NCBI RefSeq assembly: GCF_009914755.1
Contig: NC_060934.1
DNA length: 64,000 bases
Source of the DNA: the human T2T-CHM13v2.0 reference genome, Homo sapiens
Strand: one strand, 5' to 3'
Below are positions 12,335 through 30,167 of the stretch, piece by piece. The translations under genes and the position numbers were made by a program. The notes under the pieces were generated by a model that had not been told where the DNA came from, ran no database searches, and worked only from the letters and a program-made list of their open reading frames with translations. Positions within the stretch are counted from its first letter, which is position 1. Each line of letters begins with the position of its first letter.

Positions 12335-12912
12335 TCATTTGAATGTGTGAGTTTCACTACATTGGTTGAACACTAAGTGAATTTCTCATATTATTCTTCC
12401 TTTTCAGCGTGGGCGGTCCCTGATAAAGATGCAAAAACTAAAGCTTTTCAAAAAGAGTGACACTTACGTCATTACTGCACATGAAACAGTATTAGTGAGA
12501 CAGAGATTTTCACAGAACCATGAAGAGTTCACCTTTACCCACTTCCACCCCTACCAGCCAGGATGGCGGCTCTTCTCTTGCTCCTCCTGCTTGCCTAGAG
12601 GAAGTCACTAAAGACCTTGTTTCTTAAAAGGAGCCAATGTTTCTGAGGTGCTGGCCTCTTCAGAAACTAAAATCCAGGCTTTTCTCTTCATTTGCCCTGA
12701 TGCGTGTAGTTTATACGGCTCTGGTTGTGTTGCAGTAGCATTTGGCGAGGGGTAAGTAGAAAGGAGAAATTGCCATGTAGCTTGTTTAGGAAGGAAGACC
12801 ATCCTAGGAGCATCACAGACATGTGGGCCAAGAGGAGAGCCAGCTCGCCCCTGCCATCAGGGTGACCTCCACTGCCTCTTCATTCCACTTCCTCATTTCA
12901 CTTGTTATTTAA

Positions 12913-13451
<539 letters not shown>

Positions 13452-13453
13452 AT

Positions 13454-13703
13454 ATATATTTTGTATATAAATATAATATATAAATGTGTGTCCATTCATT
13501 CCCATTATATGTATATATTATATATATAATATAAATATATATTATATATATAAATCCATATATATAATATATATAATATATATAATATATTATATAAAAT
13601 ATATTATCTATAATATATAATATAAAATATATTATCTATAATATATATAAAATGGGAATGGATGGACACACATTTATATATTATATTTATATACAAAATA
13701 TAT
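13454..13703. repeat. AT-rich inverted repeat: 53 bp arms, ~144 bp almost pure A/T spacer
   Basis: 13454-13506 is the reverse complement of 13651-13703 with one mismatch. Confidence 0.92.
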
Positions 13704-15074
13704 GTATATAATACATAGCTGCCCTTTTCCATGTGTTTCATCATCATACTTTGCAGTTTTTTAAATGAAATTAAAAGGAAATCAATGTTTTATTGTCAGA
13801 GTTCCCTTTTTTCAAAATATAATAGAGAAGTCCATCCAAATAATTTATTTTAATCCCCAATACATAATAATTTTCAAGATGCAAGAGAAGTAATTTCACC
13901 ATTTACTATTCCATTGAGTGGCCTGTGGGAGGAGAGATGAGAAGAAGACAGAAAAGAAAGGGTGTCCTAATTCTATTTATATACCATACCTTTGACTTCT
14001 TGGTTAAAATATAGAAGTAATTAAAATCATTACAAATCAAGTTATACACTAAATTCTATAAAGTATTGATTTTTATTTTCATCATAATAGACATGTACAT
14101 TTATTTAGTTCCTCTTAAATCAGATTTTGTCACATTTAACTTTTAGAAAACAAAAAACTTAGTACCTTTTGATAATTTGTAGTTATGAAAGACCAATCAG
14201 AAATTTTCAGTTCTTCTGCTATTAAAGTAATTTTAAAATCTCTGATATCAGTAAATTGTAATTAATAAAATATGGAAAACATTTTCACATATTTTCTAAT
14301 ATTTTGATATTTCGGAATAAAAAGAGCTATCTCCTTTAAAATATTTTAAACTTGGAAGAAGTCTTAAATGTTTTTGTTTTATTTTCAGAATTTTGCACAT
14401 CAAAGAAGAAGAATAAGAGAAGAGGGAAGAGGAGGAGGAAGGAGAATAAAAGAAAATTAATAAAGAAAAAGTGAACCATTTTAGTTCAGGAATTTGAGAG
14501 ACCTCAGTAGGTAAAATAATCACTATTTTCCTGTGGATAGCTGGCCTTGAATTCTATCTTAGTTACCAGGGTAAGAGAGTGTGATGATCTCTTCTAGATA
14601 CTATTTTAGTACATCACATACTCACTTCATAATTTAACAGAATTGCTGGTGGCTATACCCAAGCTTGTTAGAATAAACATTACCAAGTTTCAGAATCAAA
14701 GTTCATTTAAAAAGTCCACTGATTGCAACACCTGATTAATACATTTAGGGGAAAGGGAAGAACAAAGCTTCGTGGTAATTAATAGGATGTCAAACCTGGA
14801 TGGAACCCTAGACACTTGCACGGATGCCCCTTTGAGCTGAGGAGAGACCCAGGACAAGAGCTGCAATGTGTATCTTGATTCTATTGCAAATGATTCACTG
14901 GAAACTATGCACTTAAATGTATTGGTTAATTATTCCATACATGCTGCACAATGTTCTTGGCATTGATAATTCATAGGTTTAAAAAAATCATAATCTCTAG
15001 GGGAATCAAAAGGAAAGGGAATAGAAAAAAGAAAGTAAGAAGCCACAAATTTCAAGAGAGAAAAACTGACAAAA

Positions 15075-15235
15075 AGAAGGGGGTAGTCAACTTCATGAAT
15101 AATGCGGATGTACTGAGTGGGATGAGAACCCAGAGTGTGTGTGGGATTTGGAATTACACACATGACCTTGGCACAGTGTCAGTAAAGTGCTCAGGAGGGA
15201 ACTCAGATTGTAGCCAGGATGAAGAAGGTGTGGGG
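15075..15235 (-). mobile_element. L2 fragment
   Basis: gatgagaacccagag...ggatttgg...tgaccttggcacagtgtcagtaaagtg. Confidence 0.5.
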
Positions 15236-15259
15236 AATTCCTAAAGCCATAAGCATGAA

Positions 15260-15680
15260 AGAAACCCATTTTTAAAAATGGGCAACAGGTATAAACAGGC
15301 AAGTTCACAAAAGACAAAATCCAAAATCCCTATTTTAAAAAACGATTCAATCTCTGTGATCAAGGATATGCAAATGAGAATGAGGAAATACCACAATACT
15401 TCCATTACATGAGGTGGGGAGTGTCTGACAACACCTGTTTTGGGAAGACATGGAGATACAGAAATTCTCATAACTCTGCTTGTGGAGTATAGATTGTTAA
15501 AACTTGGAAACCAATTTGACAACAGCCAGAAAAGTTCAAAAGGTACATTGTCCCGTAACTCAGCAATTCCTTTGTTAGCTGTATTCTCTAGAGAAATGCT
15601 TACACATAGGCACCTAGATAAATGTAGAATGTAGTTCAATGAAGCATTAATACATACTAAGCAACAATCTTTGGGAAAAC
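15260..15680 (+). mobile_element. Old L1M ORF2 3' fragment
   Basis: aaaaatgggcaac...ttcacaaaaga...atgcaaat...cagcaattcc motifs. Confidence 0.7.
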
Positions 15681-15703
15681 AGACTTTAAAAGTTGTACTC
15701 CTT

Positions 15704-15820
15704 AAAACCTAGATGACGGGTTGATAGATGCAGCAAACCACCATGGCACATGTATACCTATGTAACAAACCTGCACGTTCAGCACGTGTATCCCAGAACT
15801 TAAAAAAAAAAGAAAAAAAA
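15704..15820 (+). mobile_element. L1PA 3' terminus (5'-truncated)
   Basis: gcagcaaaccaccatggcacatgtatacctatgtaacaaacctgcacgtt...cccagaacttaaa polyA; TSD aaaagttgt(a/g)ct. Confidence 0.92.
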
Positions 15821-16049
15821 GTTGTGCTGCTGCTACCTGATTCAGGACCCAGACCTCAGGAAGACATAAATGTTAGCCCTTTCTCCAATTTTTTGTGCTT
15901 TGGATACATTTCTTTTCTGTGAAGATATTTGCCTTATATTTGACTGTGTCTGTGTTTTGGTTTTCTATTTCCATGTTACATTCATCACTGCCATTTTAAA
16001 ATCTCTACCAAGAAGCACCAAAATATATTTTATACATCTACACTCAAAA

Positions 16050-16600
16050 ATTGATTGTAAAACAGAAAAAGGTGAACAAAATGAGTATCAACCACTTTTC
16101 TAGGACCCATTAGAGGACTGAAGCTGCAGCACAAACTACCACTCTGAAATTTAGAGACAAGAGCATCCCAAATGCCACAGGCAGCTGAGATCTGCTTATC
16201 TGGAGAGAAGCCAGTGGAGACTTAAATTGGTAGAAACACATAAATGGTCATTTTTAAAAATTGTTGGAGACTGTGTGGACTAGTGTGAGAGCAAAAATCT
16301 TCTGGACCTGGAGCTTTAACTGGATCCCCAGGATTTCCCAGGCTTTACCTCCAGGTACTCAATCAGGTTCTCAGGAGAAGGAGCCAGGAAAGATGCTCTC
16401 TCAGCTCTGGCATGGAGAAGGAAAAAGGAAATCTTATGAAATGCACCAGGGATTTTTCCATAACAAAGGCTTACCCTCCAGGGGAAAGAGCTTTGTCAGA
16501 GTGTTATTCCAGTTGAAGAACTGGAATTCTTTCTACTTCAGCCCCCTCCAGCCTTCCAGTCTCCCCTAAGAGAAAAACAAGAAAACAATAAACTAACAAA
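16050..16600 (+). mobile_element. Old L1M 5'UTR fragment; probably continues at ~25030
   Basis: L1M 5' region-like sequence broken where a second L1 5' end begins (gacttctg at ~16605). Confidence 0.45.
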
Positions 16601-17925
16601 ATATGACTTCTGATTCTGCAAATTGCAGTAGACCTGCTATTCGCTATTCTTCCCGCTAACAACCCTGAAAATTACATATTCAACAAACACAAGGAGACTC
16701 TGGAAGGTGGGGAGAAGAAGGTAACTGAGCTGGGCAACTTGGGACACAAAGAATGACATATGGTGATGAGTTTCCAGGTTTGCTTTCTGCCTCATATAAC
16801 CATGACTTGGAGCTAAAGAAGGCAGCAGTTTGGAAATGCCAAGGGCAGAGACAATACAACCCCCAACAAAAGGCTGCTCTCCTAGCCAGAGGACCACAAA
16901 AGGGGCAGTGTAGCAGGAAAAGAAACTCTGGGAAAATATTTTATATTCTAGACAAATACAACAGAAAAAACAAACAAACAAACACGTGACCCCAACTCCA
17001 ACCATACCATCAAAGGCCATGAGAGGAGCCTAGACTGCCACCCTCACCAGTTGTGATGAGGTGCCTTAAATCCCTGCAGGGTTGTCAGAGAAGGCAAGTA
17101 GCGAGCCATGATATTTATCCTCACCTGCTGGAAACAAGCGTTCTCAAAGAGTTGGTGGAGACTACATGAGAACTTGGAATTCTACCCCCATCCATCTGTA
17201 ACAAGACAATCCTCACCCTCCCTGGTGGGTTGGTGACAGAGGCATCTTATTAGAGAGTTAGCACAGTCATCATTGCCCAGTGGTAACAAGGCCACTCACT
17301 CCATGATGACAGTGGGGGACACAGAGGAGCAGGACCATCCACCCTTACACAGCCTCTCATCTGGTGTCATGGGGTCTGAGTGGTAAACCTGAACTCTGCC
17401 TTATCTGGAAGTAATAAGGTGGTGCCTCCCTCTCCTCCTGCCAGACTGGTATCAGAAAAAGCCAGATAAAACGGCAGATTTAAACAGATACAGAGTCTTA
17501 TGACATAATACAAAATGTCCAAGCTTCAATATTAAATCACCCATCATACCAAGAATCAGGAGGATATCAAACTGAATTAAAAAGACAATTGGCCCATGCC
17601 CATATCAAGATAACAGACATGATACAACTATCTGAGAAAGATTTTAAAGCAGTCCTAATAAAAATACTTCAACTAACCATCACAAACAATCTTTAAAGAA
17701 ACAAAAAGTAGAAAGCTTCAGCAAAGAAACAGAAGACATAAAGAAGAACCAAATGGGAATTTTAGAATTAAAAGATATACAGTTAATTTAAAGGCACAGT
17801 GAATGGGGTTAGTGCCAGAATGAAGAAATAGAGGAAAGAGTAAGTGAACTGGAAGAGGGAAAATATAATTATCAAATGTGAACGACTGAAAGAATATAGA
17901 AATTTAAAAAAAGAACAAAGTCTCA

Positions 17926-18540
<615 letters not shown>

Positions 18541-18835
18541 TCATCAGAAACCATGGAAGATGGAAGAAAGTAGCACAGTATTTTCTAATTGCTGAAAAAA
18601 AGGCCTGTCATCTGGATTTCAGTACTTAATAAAAATAATCTTCAAGAATGAAGGGGAAATAAAGATATTCTCAGATGAAGACAATCTCAGATCATTTGTC
18701 ACGAGAAGACCTATCCTAAAAGAATGGCTAAGGATGTTCTCAAACACACAAAGGAAACAATAAAATAAAGAACCTTGGAGCATCAGAAAGGAAGAATACA
18801 GCAGGCAGAAATATGGGTTCACACTGGGATTCTAG

Positions 18836-19282
<447 letters not shown>

Positions 19283-19740
19283 TAATGGGAGTTGATGTCA
19301 GGGACTCAGGGGCCTCTGGGCCAGGCATGCTCTTGGGCATATTCCTAGCCCAGACCTGTCCATTCCTGGAACTCTCTATCTGAGGCCTTGAGCAGAAGTC
19401 TTCTTCACTGGCCTCTGCTGAGAATTTATCCGAGAGAAAGGGGGAAAGCTTCAAGCCACTTTTTCCTACTCTGACTCAATACTCAGTACTTTCCACCCGT
19501 GCCCTTCCCTTTCTCCATCCTCCTGGTGGTCCCCAGTCGCAGGGTCTGTAATATTGCACTAGCCTTTTACTTGAGGCAATCTCCACATCATGCTGATCCA
19601 CCTGGCCCTCAGCCATTGCACCAATCCATAGGGGAAGGTAGAGTAGGGCAGACCCAGCACTCTGTTTCAGACTCTTGGTGATACCATAAGAGTAAGGGAT
19701 TAAAACCACTGCTCAGTGGCTTTCATTTCTGGTTTGTCAC

Positions 19741-20552
19741 TGATACGGACAGGAGACAGGGAAAACTGAGTAGAAAGGAGCAGTTCCCAGGCAAAGGCCC
19801 CACCCTCAAGCCTGGATACCCTCGGCCCTACATGAGAACAAGCATTCCTGTTTTCACAACCCAAAAGTTGCCTTTTGTCCTGCCACACCCCCTATCCTGC
19901 ACCCATGCATATATACCCTGAACCCCAGGCTCCAGAAGCCGACCAGTAAGCCACCAGATCAGCGATGGTTGGAGAAGGGATGCGGCAGAGAAAGAGAGAA
20001 GAGGAGGAACATCTAACACCCAGAGGAGTTTAGCGGGGGCCGTTGGAGAGGAGTCCAGCAGCTGAGTGGCCCAGCTCCGGCTCCGGAGGAAGATCGCCTT
20101 CCCTCTCCATCTCCCCATTGCGGCCCCCGATCCATCCGGCTGAAAGCCACCTCCACCACTCAATAAAACTTCGCATTCATCCTTCAAGCCCGTGTGTGAC
20201 CCAAGTTTTCCGTGATGCTGGGCAAGACCTCGGAATAGAGAAAGCTGTCACACTGGCCCTCTGCCCTTGCCAAAAGGCAGAGGATTCATTGAGCTGACTA
20301 ACACTCAAGCCTCTGCAGGCGGCAGAGCTGAAAGAGCTTTATAACAGGGGGGGGGTTGCAGGCACCCTCCTCAGACACTACCTACCGAGGAGCCAGAGCC
20401 CAAAGCGCTTGCCCCAGCCTCTGCGCCTGACTGTCTGCATCCTCTCCCTCCTGCCAAGGGGTTTGAGCAGGCGGCACCACTGAACAGGCAAGCCACACCC
20501 CTGCCGCACATCCTGCGTCCTGCCAGGGGAATCAGCGAACTCTCCCGCTTCA
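19741..20552 (+). mobile_element. LTR1-family solo LTR (ERV1)
   Basis: Starts tgatacggacaggagacaggg, ends gaactctcccgcttca; exact 4 bp TSD tcac; aataaa at ~20162. Confidence 0.9.
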
Positions 20553-20975
20553 TCACTTTACTTGGCTACTCTGACACCTGACAGCTTAGCTGTCTCCAAC
20601 TCAGCTGAGCTCCTGACAAATAGACCCTTCCTGAGTTTTCAAAATTAGGTATGATGGTGCAAGTGAAAATTATAACACTGTATGATAGTTCGGTAAATGT
20701 TTGTACAGCAAATATTTAAGACAATTATAAATATAGGAGAGGAAAGGAAGAGAAATAGAGATAAGATTTCTACACTTCACTTAAAATGACAACACCAATA
20801 AAGTGTTTTATACATAAATTATTATAAATTATATAATTAATGTAATATTAGATTATATGTGGTATATATAATATAAAATCTTACACCTAGCGCACCTACA
20901 AAAAAACCTATATAAAAAGATACATGTAAAATCACTAGAGATAAATCACAATGGAATTCTTTAAAATGCTCAAGT

Positions 20976-21283
<308 letters not shown>

Positions 21284-21615
21284 TCAAGTAACTCACAGAA
21301 AGGCAACAAAAAAATCAATAAAATAAGAGAAGCAAGAAGCAGAAAGCACAAATAGAAAACAAAAAAATAAAATGGCAGACTTAAGCACTCATATATCAAT
21401 AATCACATTAAGTGTAAATGGTCTAAGTACACCAAAGAAAAGACAGAACCTAGCAGAATAAATTAAAATATGACTTCCTCACAGTAAAACAAAAAACAAT
21501 ATGATCTAACTGTATACTGTCTATAAGAAACTCAAATGTGATAATAAAGATAGGTGCAAAGTAAAAATAGAAAAAATACATAGTATGAAAAATTAATCAA
21601 AAGAAATAAAATTCA

Positions 21616-21646
<31 letters not shown>

Positions 21647-21650
21647 CATA
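21616..21650. repeat. (CT)n(AT)n microsatellite
   Basis: ctctct...atatat adjoining an Alu tail. Confidence 0.85.
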
Positions 21651-21651
21651 A

Positions 21652-21939
<288 letters not shown>

Positions 21940-23178
21940 GAAAATTAGCTATATGAGCATTAGATAAAGTATATTAGAGCTAAAGAACTTAACAGAGACA
22001 GAAAAGAACATTACATAACGATGAAAGAGTCAATTCACAAAGAAGGCATAGCAATCTTAAATATGTATGCATTGAACAAAAAGCTATAAAATATAGGAGG
22101 TGAAAACTGATAAAATAGAAAGGAACAGAAAGGAGAAATAAACAAGTTGACAGTTATACTTGAAGACTTCAACACTTCTCTCCTAACAATTGCTGAAACA
22201 ACTAGACAACATCAGTAAGCATGCAAGAATACAGCAAAACTCAACAACATCATCCATAAATAGGATCTAATCAATACGTATTGAACACGCCAACTGACAA
22301 CAGTAGTATCCATGCAACAAAGACCAAGATAGACCATGATGTGGACCAAAAAATGAGCCCCAACAAAATTATTGTAAATGTACAGAGTGTATTCTGCAAC
22401 AAGAAGGATATCAAATGTGAAATCAACAGCAGAAAATGTTCTCCAAGCACTTGGAAACTAAAGAGCACATTCATTAATAATTCATTTGTCAAAGATGAAG
22501 TCTCACGGTGAATATGAATGAGAATGAAAATAAAATTTTGGAAAAGAAGAATAAGGTGTAAGTCTGATTTCAAGACTTATTATATATCTATCGTAACCAA
22601 TACTCTGTGGAGTTGGTGGGAAGGAGAGGCGCATAGATCAATGGAATAGTCCAGAAATACACCAACATGCAAAAATGCCCAAGTGACTTTTAATAAAGGC
22701 GTAACAGCAATTCAATAAAGGAAAGATCGCCTTTTCAATAAATGGCGCTAGAATAGTGGACACCCAGAAGCAAAAAGCAAAACTTATTCTAAGTCTTAAA
22801 CCTTATATAAAAATTAATTCAAAGGGATTGCAGATTTAAATGTTAAAATGCTTAGAAAAAAATAAGTATAGAAGATAAGATTCCTAGGATCTTGGACTAG
22901 GCAAGGAGTTCCTAGACTTGATACCAAAAATATGTTTTATAAATGAAAAACATGAATAAATGGGACTTCATAAAATTTAAAACTTTGCTCAGTGAAAGAC
23001 TATGCGAAGAATATAGAATACAAGCTATAGAATGTGAGAAATTATTTGAAAACCAGAAATCCAATGAAGGACTAGTATCTAGAACATATAAAAAGTTCTC
23101 ACAACTCAACATTAAAAAAAAAGACAAAAAAATAACTAAATAGAATCTGAGTAACAGACATAGAGAAATTTTTCACTA

Positions 23179-23562
<384 letters not shown>

Positions 23563-23722
23563 TTAGAGGTACAATAAAATACCATTATACACTTAACGGA
23601 ATAGCTAAAAAAAAAAATGGTGACAGTGCTGTGTGCTGACAAAGATGCAGAGAACCTGGATCACACTTACATTGCTGGTGTAAATGAAAATGGTACAGCC
23701 ATTCTGGAAAACAATGTGAGTG

Positions 23723-24038
23723 TTTTTGTTTTGTTTTGTTTTGCTTTATTTTTTTCGAGACAGAGTCTTGCTCTTGCTGCCCAGGCTGGAGTGCAGTGGC
23801 ACAGTCTCAGCTCATTGCAACCTCCGCCTCCTGGGTTCAAGCAATTCTCCTGCCTCAGCCACCGAGTAGCTGGGATTACAGGCACATGCCGCAATGCCCA
23901 GCAAATTTTTGTATTTTTAGTAGAGACGGGATTTCGCCAAGTTGGCCAGGCTGGTCACAAACTTCTGACCTCAGGTGATCTACCCGACTTGGTCTCCCAA
24001 AGTGCTGGGATTACAGGTGTGAGCCACCACGCCTGGCC
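23723..24038 (-). mobile_element. AluSq-like
   Basis: (gtttt)n tail; ctcttgctgcccagg; full dimer. Confidence 0.95.
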
Positions 24039-24721
24039 CTGACTGTTTCTTTAAAAACAAACACAACACATCACAACAAACAAACTGACTAATTAAACAT
24101 GCAACTACCTTAGAAACCAGAAAGTATACATTGCAGTTATTCTAGAGAAGAACGACTTACACTCACATAATATCCTGTACACTAATGTTCTTCATCAGCA
24201 TTATACATAACAGCCAAAAACTAGAAACAAAACAAATGTACTTCTGTGGGTGATGGTGTAAGCAAACTGTGATACATCCATTATTTGGACTGAAGCACTA
24301 CTCAGCAGTAAAAAGTTACAGAGTATTTATACATGTTACAACCTGGATTGTAAGTGAAAAACATCCATCCCAAAAGGTTTCATACTGTATGATTCCATTT
24401 ATGTTTATAACATTCTTAAAACAAAAAATACATAGAAATGAAGACCAGAGAAGTTGTGTCTGGGGATTAAGGATAGGCTAAATTTGGGAAGGAAGTAGAT
24501 ACTGCTATAAAAGAGTAACACAGATGCCTTTAAGGTAATGAAAAGGTACTATATTTTGATTGTGTCAATGTCCATATGCTGGTTAGGATTATGTAAGGTA
24601 GCTGTGCAAGTTGTTATTACTGGGGCAAAGTGGATAAAAGGTAAACGAGATCTCTCTATATTATTTCTTATAACTATAGTGAATCTACATTTATCTCAAA
24701 ATAAAAATAAGTAAGTTTAAG

Positions 24722-25021
<300 letters not shown>

Positions 25022-25326
25022 TTAAATATATACATAGACAACAGAATCAAGGTTTCAAATGAAGAAAATGGGAATCTTACATCCAGGGAAGAGTAATAAG
25101 CAGGAAAGGGGGAGAAAGAAGCTACACCTTTGGAGAAACTCTTACGAAGGTCACAGCCCAAAAACACTAGCCCCCAGAAATACTATTATAATTATTATAA
25201 TTTATTTATTATTATGGCATTATTTCATACTCCCCCTCCTCACACCTTATAGCACTCCAGGATATCCACTTATAGAGTAGATTATAATGGAAAGAAACTG
25301 TAATACGCAGACCCTTTCTGAGGAAG

Positions 25327-25620
25327 TTTTTTTTTTTTGAGATGGAGTCTTGCTCTGTCACCCAAGCTGGAGGACAGTGGCGTGGTCTCGGCTCACTGCA
25401 AGCTACGTCTCCTGGGTTGACGCCATTCTCCTGCCTCAGCCTCCTGAGTAGCTGGGACTACAGGTGCCTGCCACCATGCCGGGCTAATTTTTTTGTATTT
25501 TTAGTAGAGACGGGGTTTCACCATGTTAGCCAGGATGGTCTCGATCTCCTGACCTCATGATCCACCTGCTTCTGCCTCCCAAAGTGCTGGGATTACAGGC
25601 GTTAGCCACTGCGCCGAGCC
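25327..25620 (-). mobile_element. AluY
   Basis: gccattctcctgcc, gttagccaggatggtctcgatctcc. Confidence 0.95.
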
Positions 25621-26010
25621 AGAAGAATATTTTTTTAAGGTAGCCCAAGGTCGAAAGAGGAGACAAAAACAAAGACATAAGAAGAATTTGAAGCTTGCGG
25701 TGCCTACAGCTACAGCAAATAGTAAGCACAGTCCAAGTTTTAGCCACACTAACATGACACCTTACACTAAAAATCTATTCATGTCAGTTTTTATTACTCA
25801 ATCCAAAATATCCAGATTTTAACCAAACATTTACGAAGCATGCCAAAAATCAAGAAAAAAAATACACTCCAAAAAGACAAATCAATCATCAGAACCAGAC
25901 TTGTGTATGACACAGATGTTGAATTATTCAACAGGAATTTTAAAATATAGTGATAAAATATCTTAAGCACAATAATAGAAAAGTAAACAACATATAAGAA
26001 CAGATAGGTA

Positions 26011-26370
<360 letters not shown>

Positions 26371-27382
26371 TCAAACAAAAAATTTAAAAATGCCTTTGAT
26401 GGACTCATCAGTGAACTCTACAGAGACAAGGAAATAATCTGTGTTCTTGTAAAGAGATCAATAGAAAATTTCTAAACAAAAATCCAATGAGAAAAAAAAA
26501 TGAGAATAAGAGAATAGAGAATCAAATATTATGGAAATTTTCTAAATGTGTTATGCATGATTAATGGACATACTGGAAGAAGAATAAAGACAGAAGAGAG
26601 CACAGTAAATACTTGAAGTAATAATGACTGAGAACTTTCTAAATTATATAATAGATACGGAATCACAGGTGTGGAAGCCCAGAGAACATCAAGAAGAACA
26701 ATAACCTTATCCCCTACATCATACCTCTATTGTAGACACCCCCCAGAAAAGACACATTTAGGCATAAGATATTCCAAGTGCAAAAAAAAAAAAAAAAAAA
26801 AAAAAAAAGACAGAAAGAAAATGTTGAAAGAAGCCATAGCAAGAAAAACACCTTACCTACAGAGGAGCACATATAACAATTACAGTGGACTTCTCAGGAA
26901 AAGCAAGCAAAAATAGGGTGAAATATTTAAAGTGTTGAAAGAAAATAACCACCAATGTAGGATTACATATATTCAGTAAAATCTTTCTTAAAAAAATTTT
27001 TCCTTAAAATGTTCTTATAGAGATAAGTTATTCAGGCACAAGAAAAATGATGAGGCAGGAATTTGTAAGCACATAAAAAAAGAAAAGCATCAAACAAGTA
27101 ATAAATGAAAGTAAAATAAAATGTTTAATTCTTTTTATTCCTTAATTGATTTAAAAGATAATGGTATTAAACAATAATGGTAACAGTGCATTAGTTGATG
27201 ATAGCATATAGAAAAATGAAATTGTTAACATCAATGTCACAAAGTACAGAAGGAGGAATTGAGACTTTTTGGTTATAAGGTACCATGCCTGTACTGCACA
27301 TGAAATGGCAGACCATTATTTGAAGATGGACTTCAGTTAGTTCAAAATGAATATTGTATCCTCTAGGGTAGCCAAAAAAGTG

Positions 27383-27669
27383 TTCTGTTTTGTTTTGATA
27401 GTCTTACTCTGTCACCCAGGCTGGAGTGCAGTGGTATAATCTCAGCCCTTGCAAACTCTGCCTCCTGGGTTCAAGCAATTCTCATATCTCAGCCTCCTGA
27501 GCAGATGGGATGACAAGCACATGCCACCACACTCAGCCAATTCTGGTATTTTTTATAAAGATAGGTTTTCGCCATGTTGGCCAGGCTGGTCTGAAACTCC
27601 AGACCTCAAGTGATCCACCTGCCTCGGGCTCCCAAATAGTATTACAGGCATGAGCCACAGCACCTGGCC
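27383..27669 (-). mobile_element. Alu (J/Sz-like, diverged)
   Basis: Reverse dimer with cctcaagtgatcc. Confidence 0.92.
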
Positions 27670-28138
27670 CGAAAAATGTTTTTATAAAGAAGTGCAATTG
27701 ATATACTAAGAAAACAATGCAATTTTATAAAATGTTCTGTTAACATCATCAAAAGCAGAAAGAGAAAAGGAGAGAACAAATGCAACAAATAGAAAAGAGT
27801 TATAAACATGGTAGGTGTTAACCTAACTTTATAGACAATCACTCTAAATATTCATGGTCTAAATACACAAATTAAAAGACAGAGACTACTCATTAATGGA
27901 GAAAGAAGTAAGACTCAAATATATGTTGTCTACAAGATACTCACTTTAAGTATAAAAACCCTGCCACACTAATCCTCATCAAAAGAAAGCTAGAGTATTC
28001 AAATTTATTTTGGAGAAAGCAATCTGGACAATTTTCAGGAATAAAGAGGGGTAATGATAAAGATGTCAATTCCCCAAAAAGATATAACAATCTTAATTTT
28101 AATGGACCTAGCAACAGAGGATAAAAATGCATAAAGCA

Positions 28139-28432
28139 GGCCGGGCACAGTGGCTCACACCTGTAATCCCAGCACTTTGGGAGGCCAAGGCAGGTAGATG
28201 ACAAAGTCAGGAGTTTGAGACCAGCCTGACCAACATGGTGAAAACTTGTCTCCACTAAAAATACAAAAATTAGCCCAGCATGGTGGTGTGCACCTGTAAT
28301 CTCAGCTACTCAGGAGGCTGAGGCAGGAGACTTGCTTGAACCCGGGAAGCGGAGGTTGCAGTGAGCCGAGATCACGCCATTGCACCCCAGCCTGGGAGGT
28401 AGAGTGAGACTCCATCTCAAAAAAAAAAAAAA
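28139..28432 (+). mobile_element. AluSg-like
   Basis: TSD gcataaagca. Confidence 0.95.
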
Positions 28433-28915
28433 GCATAAAGCATACATAAAGCAAAAATTAAAAACACTAGCAGAAGAAATAGAGAATTTCACTTTTATAA
28501 TTAGAGACCTCAGCATCTTCCTGTCAGTCATTGATAGATCAAGCAGGCAGAGAATCAATAAGAGATATTTGACCCGAATAGCAATATCTATCAAATGAAT
28601 CAAATTAACATTCATACAGTAGTCCATCAAACAACTACAGCATATTCATTCTCTCAAGGACCCAGGAAATATTCATTAAGATAGACCAAATGCTATGCCA
28701 TCAATCACACCTGAACAAACTTAAAAAGATAGAAATCATACAAAGTGTGTTCTCAGACCACAATGAAACTAACCTAGAAATCAGTAACAGACTGTTAGCT
28801 AGGAAGTTCCTAAATATATGGAAATTAAACAGCATACTTCTAGATAATCCACTAGCCAAAGACTTGCCAAGCTAAAAATTTAAAAGATATTAAACTAACT
28901 GAAAATAAAATTACA

Positions 28916-29220
28916 GGCCAGGCACAGTGGCTCACGTTTGTAATCCCAGCACTTTGGGAGGCTGAGGTGGGCAGATCATTTGAGGTCAGGAGTTTGAGAC
29001 AAGCCTGGCCAACACGGTGAAACCCCATCTCTAATAAAGATATCCAAATTAGCAGAGTGTAATGGTGTGTGTCTATAGTCTCAGCTACATGTTAGGCTGA
29101 GGCATCAGAATCACTTGAACTCAGGAGGCAGAGGTTGTAGTGAGCCAAGATTGCCCCACTGCACTCCAGCCTGGGCAACTGAGTGAGACTCTGTCTCAAA
29201 AAAATAAAATAAAAATAAAA
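28916..29220 (+). mobile_element. AluSz/Sx-like
   Basis: Full dimer, (aaaat)n tail. Confidence 0.93.
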
Positions 29221-29359
29221 CGTATCCAAATTTGTGGGATACAGCAAAAACACTGTTTAGAGGATGATGTATAACATTAAAAGCATTTATTAGAAAAAAG
29301 AAAAATCTAAAATCAATAAGCTTCTATTTTAGGAGACTAGAAGATAAAGAGCAATGTAA

Positions 29360-29654
<295 letters not shown>

Positions 29655-29787
29655 GTGAGAGAGAAAAAATTAAGTAAATGGACACATAAGTTTGACCTGA
29701 TCATTTTCAGCTTCATCTGTTTTCACTTCATTCTATTAATACCTTTTCATCAAGGTCTGTCTTAACTCAGGGTTCTCATGACCATGA

Positions 29788-30167
<380 letters not shown>

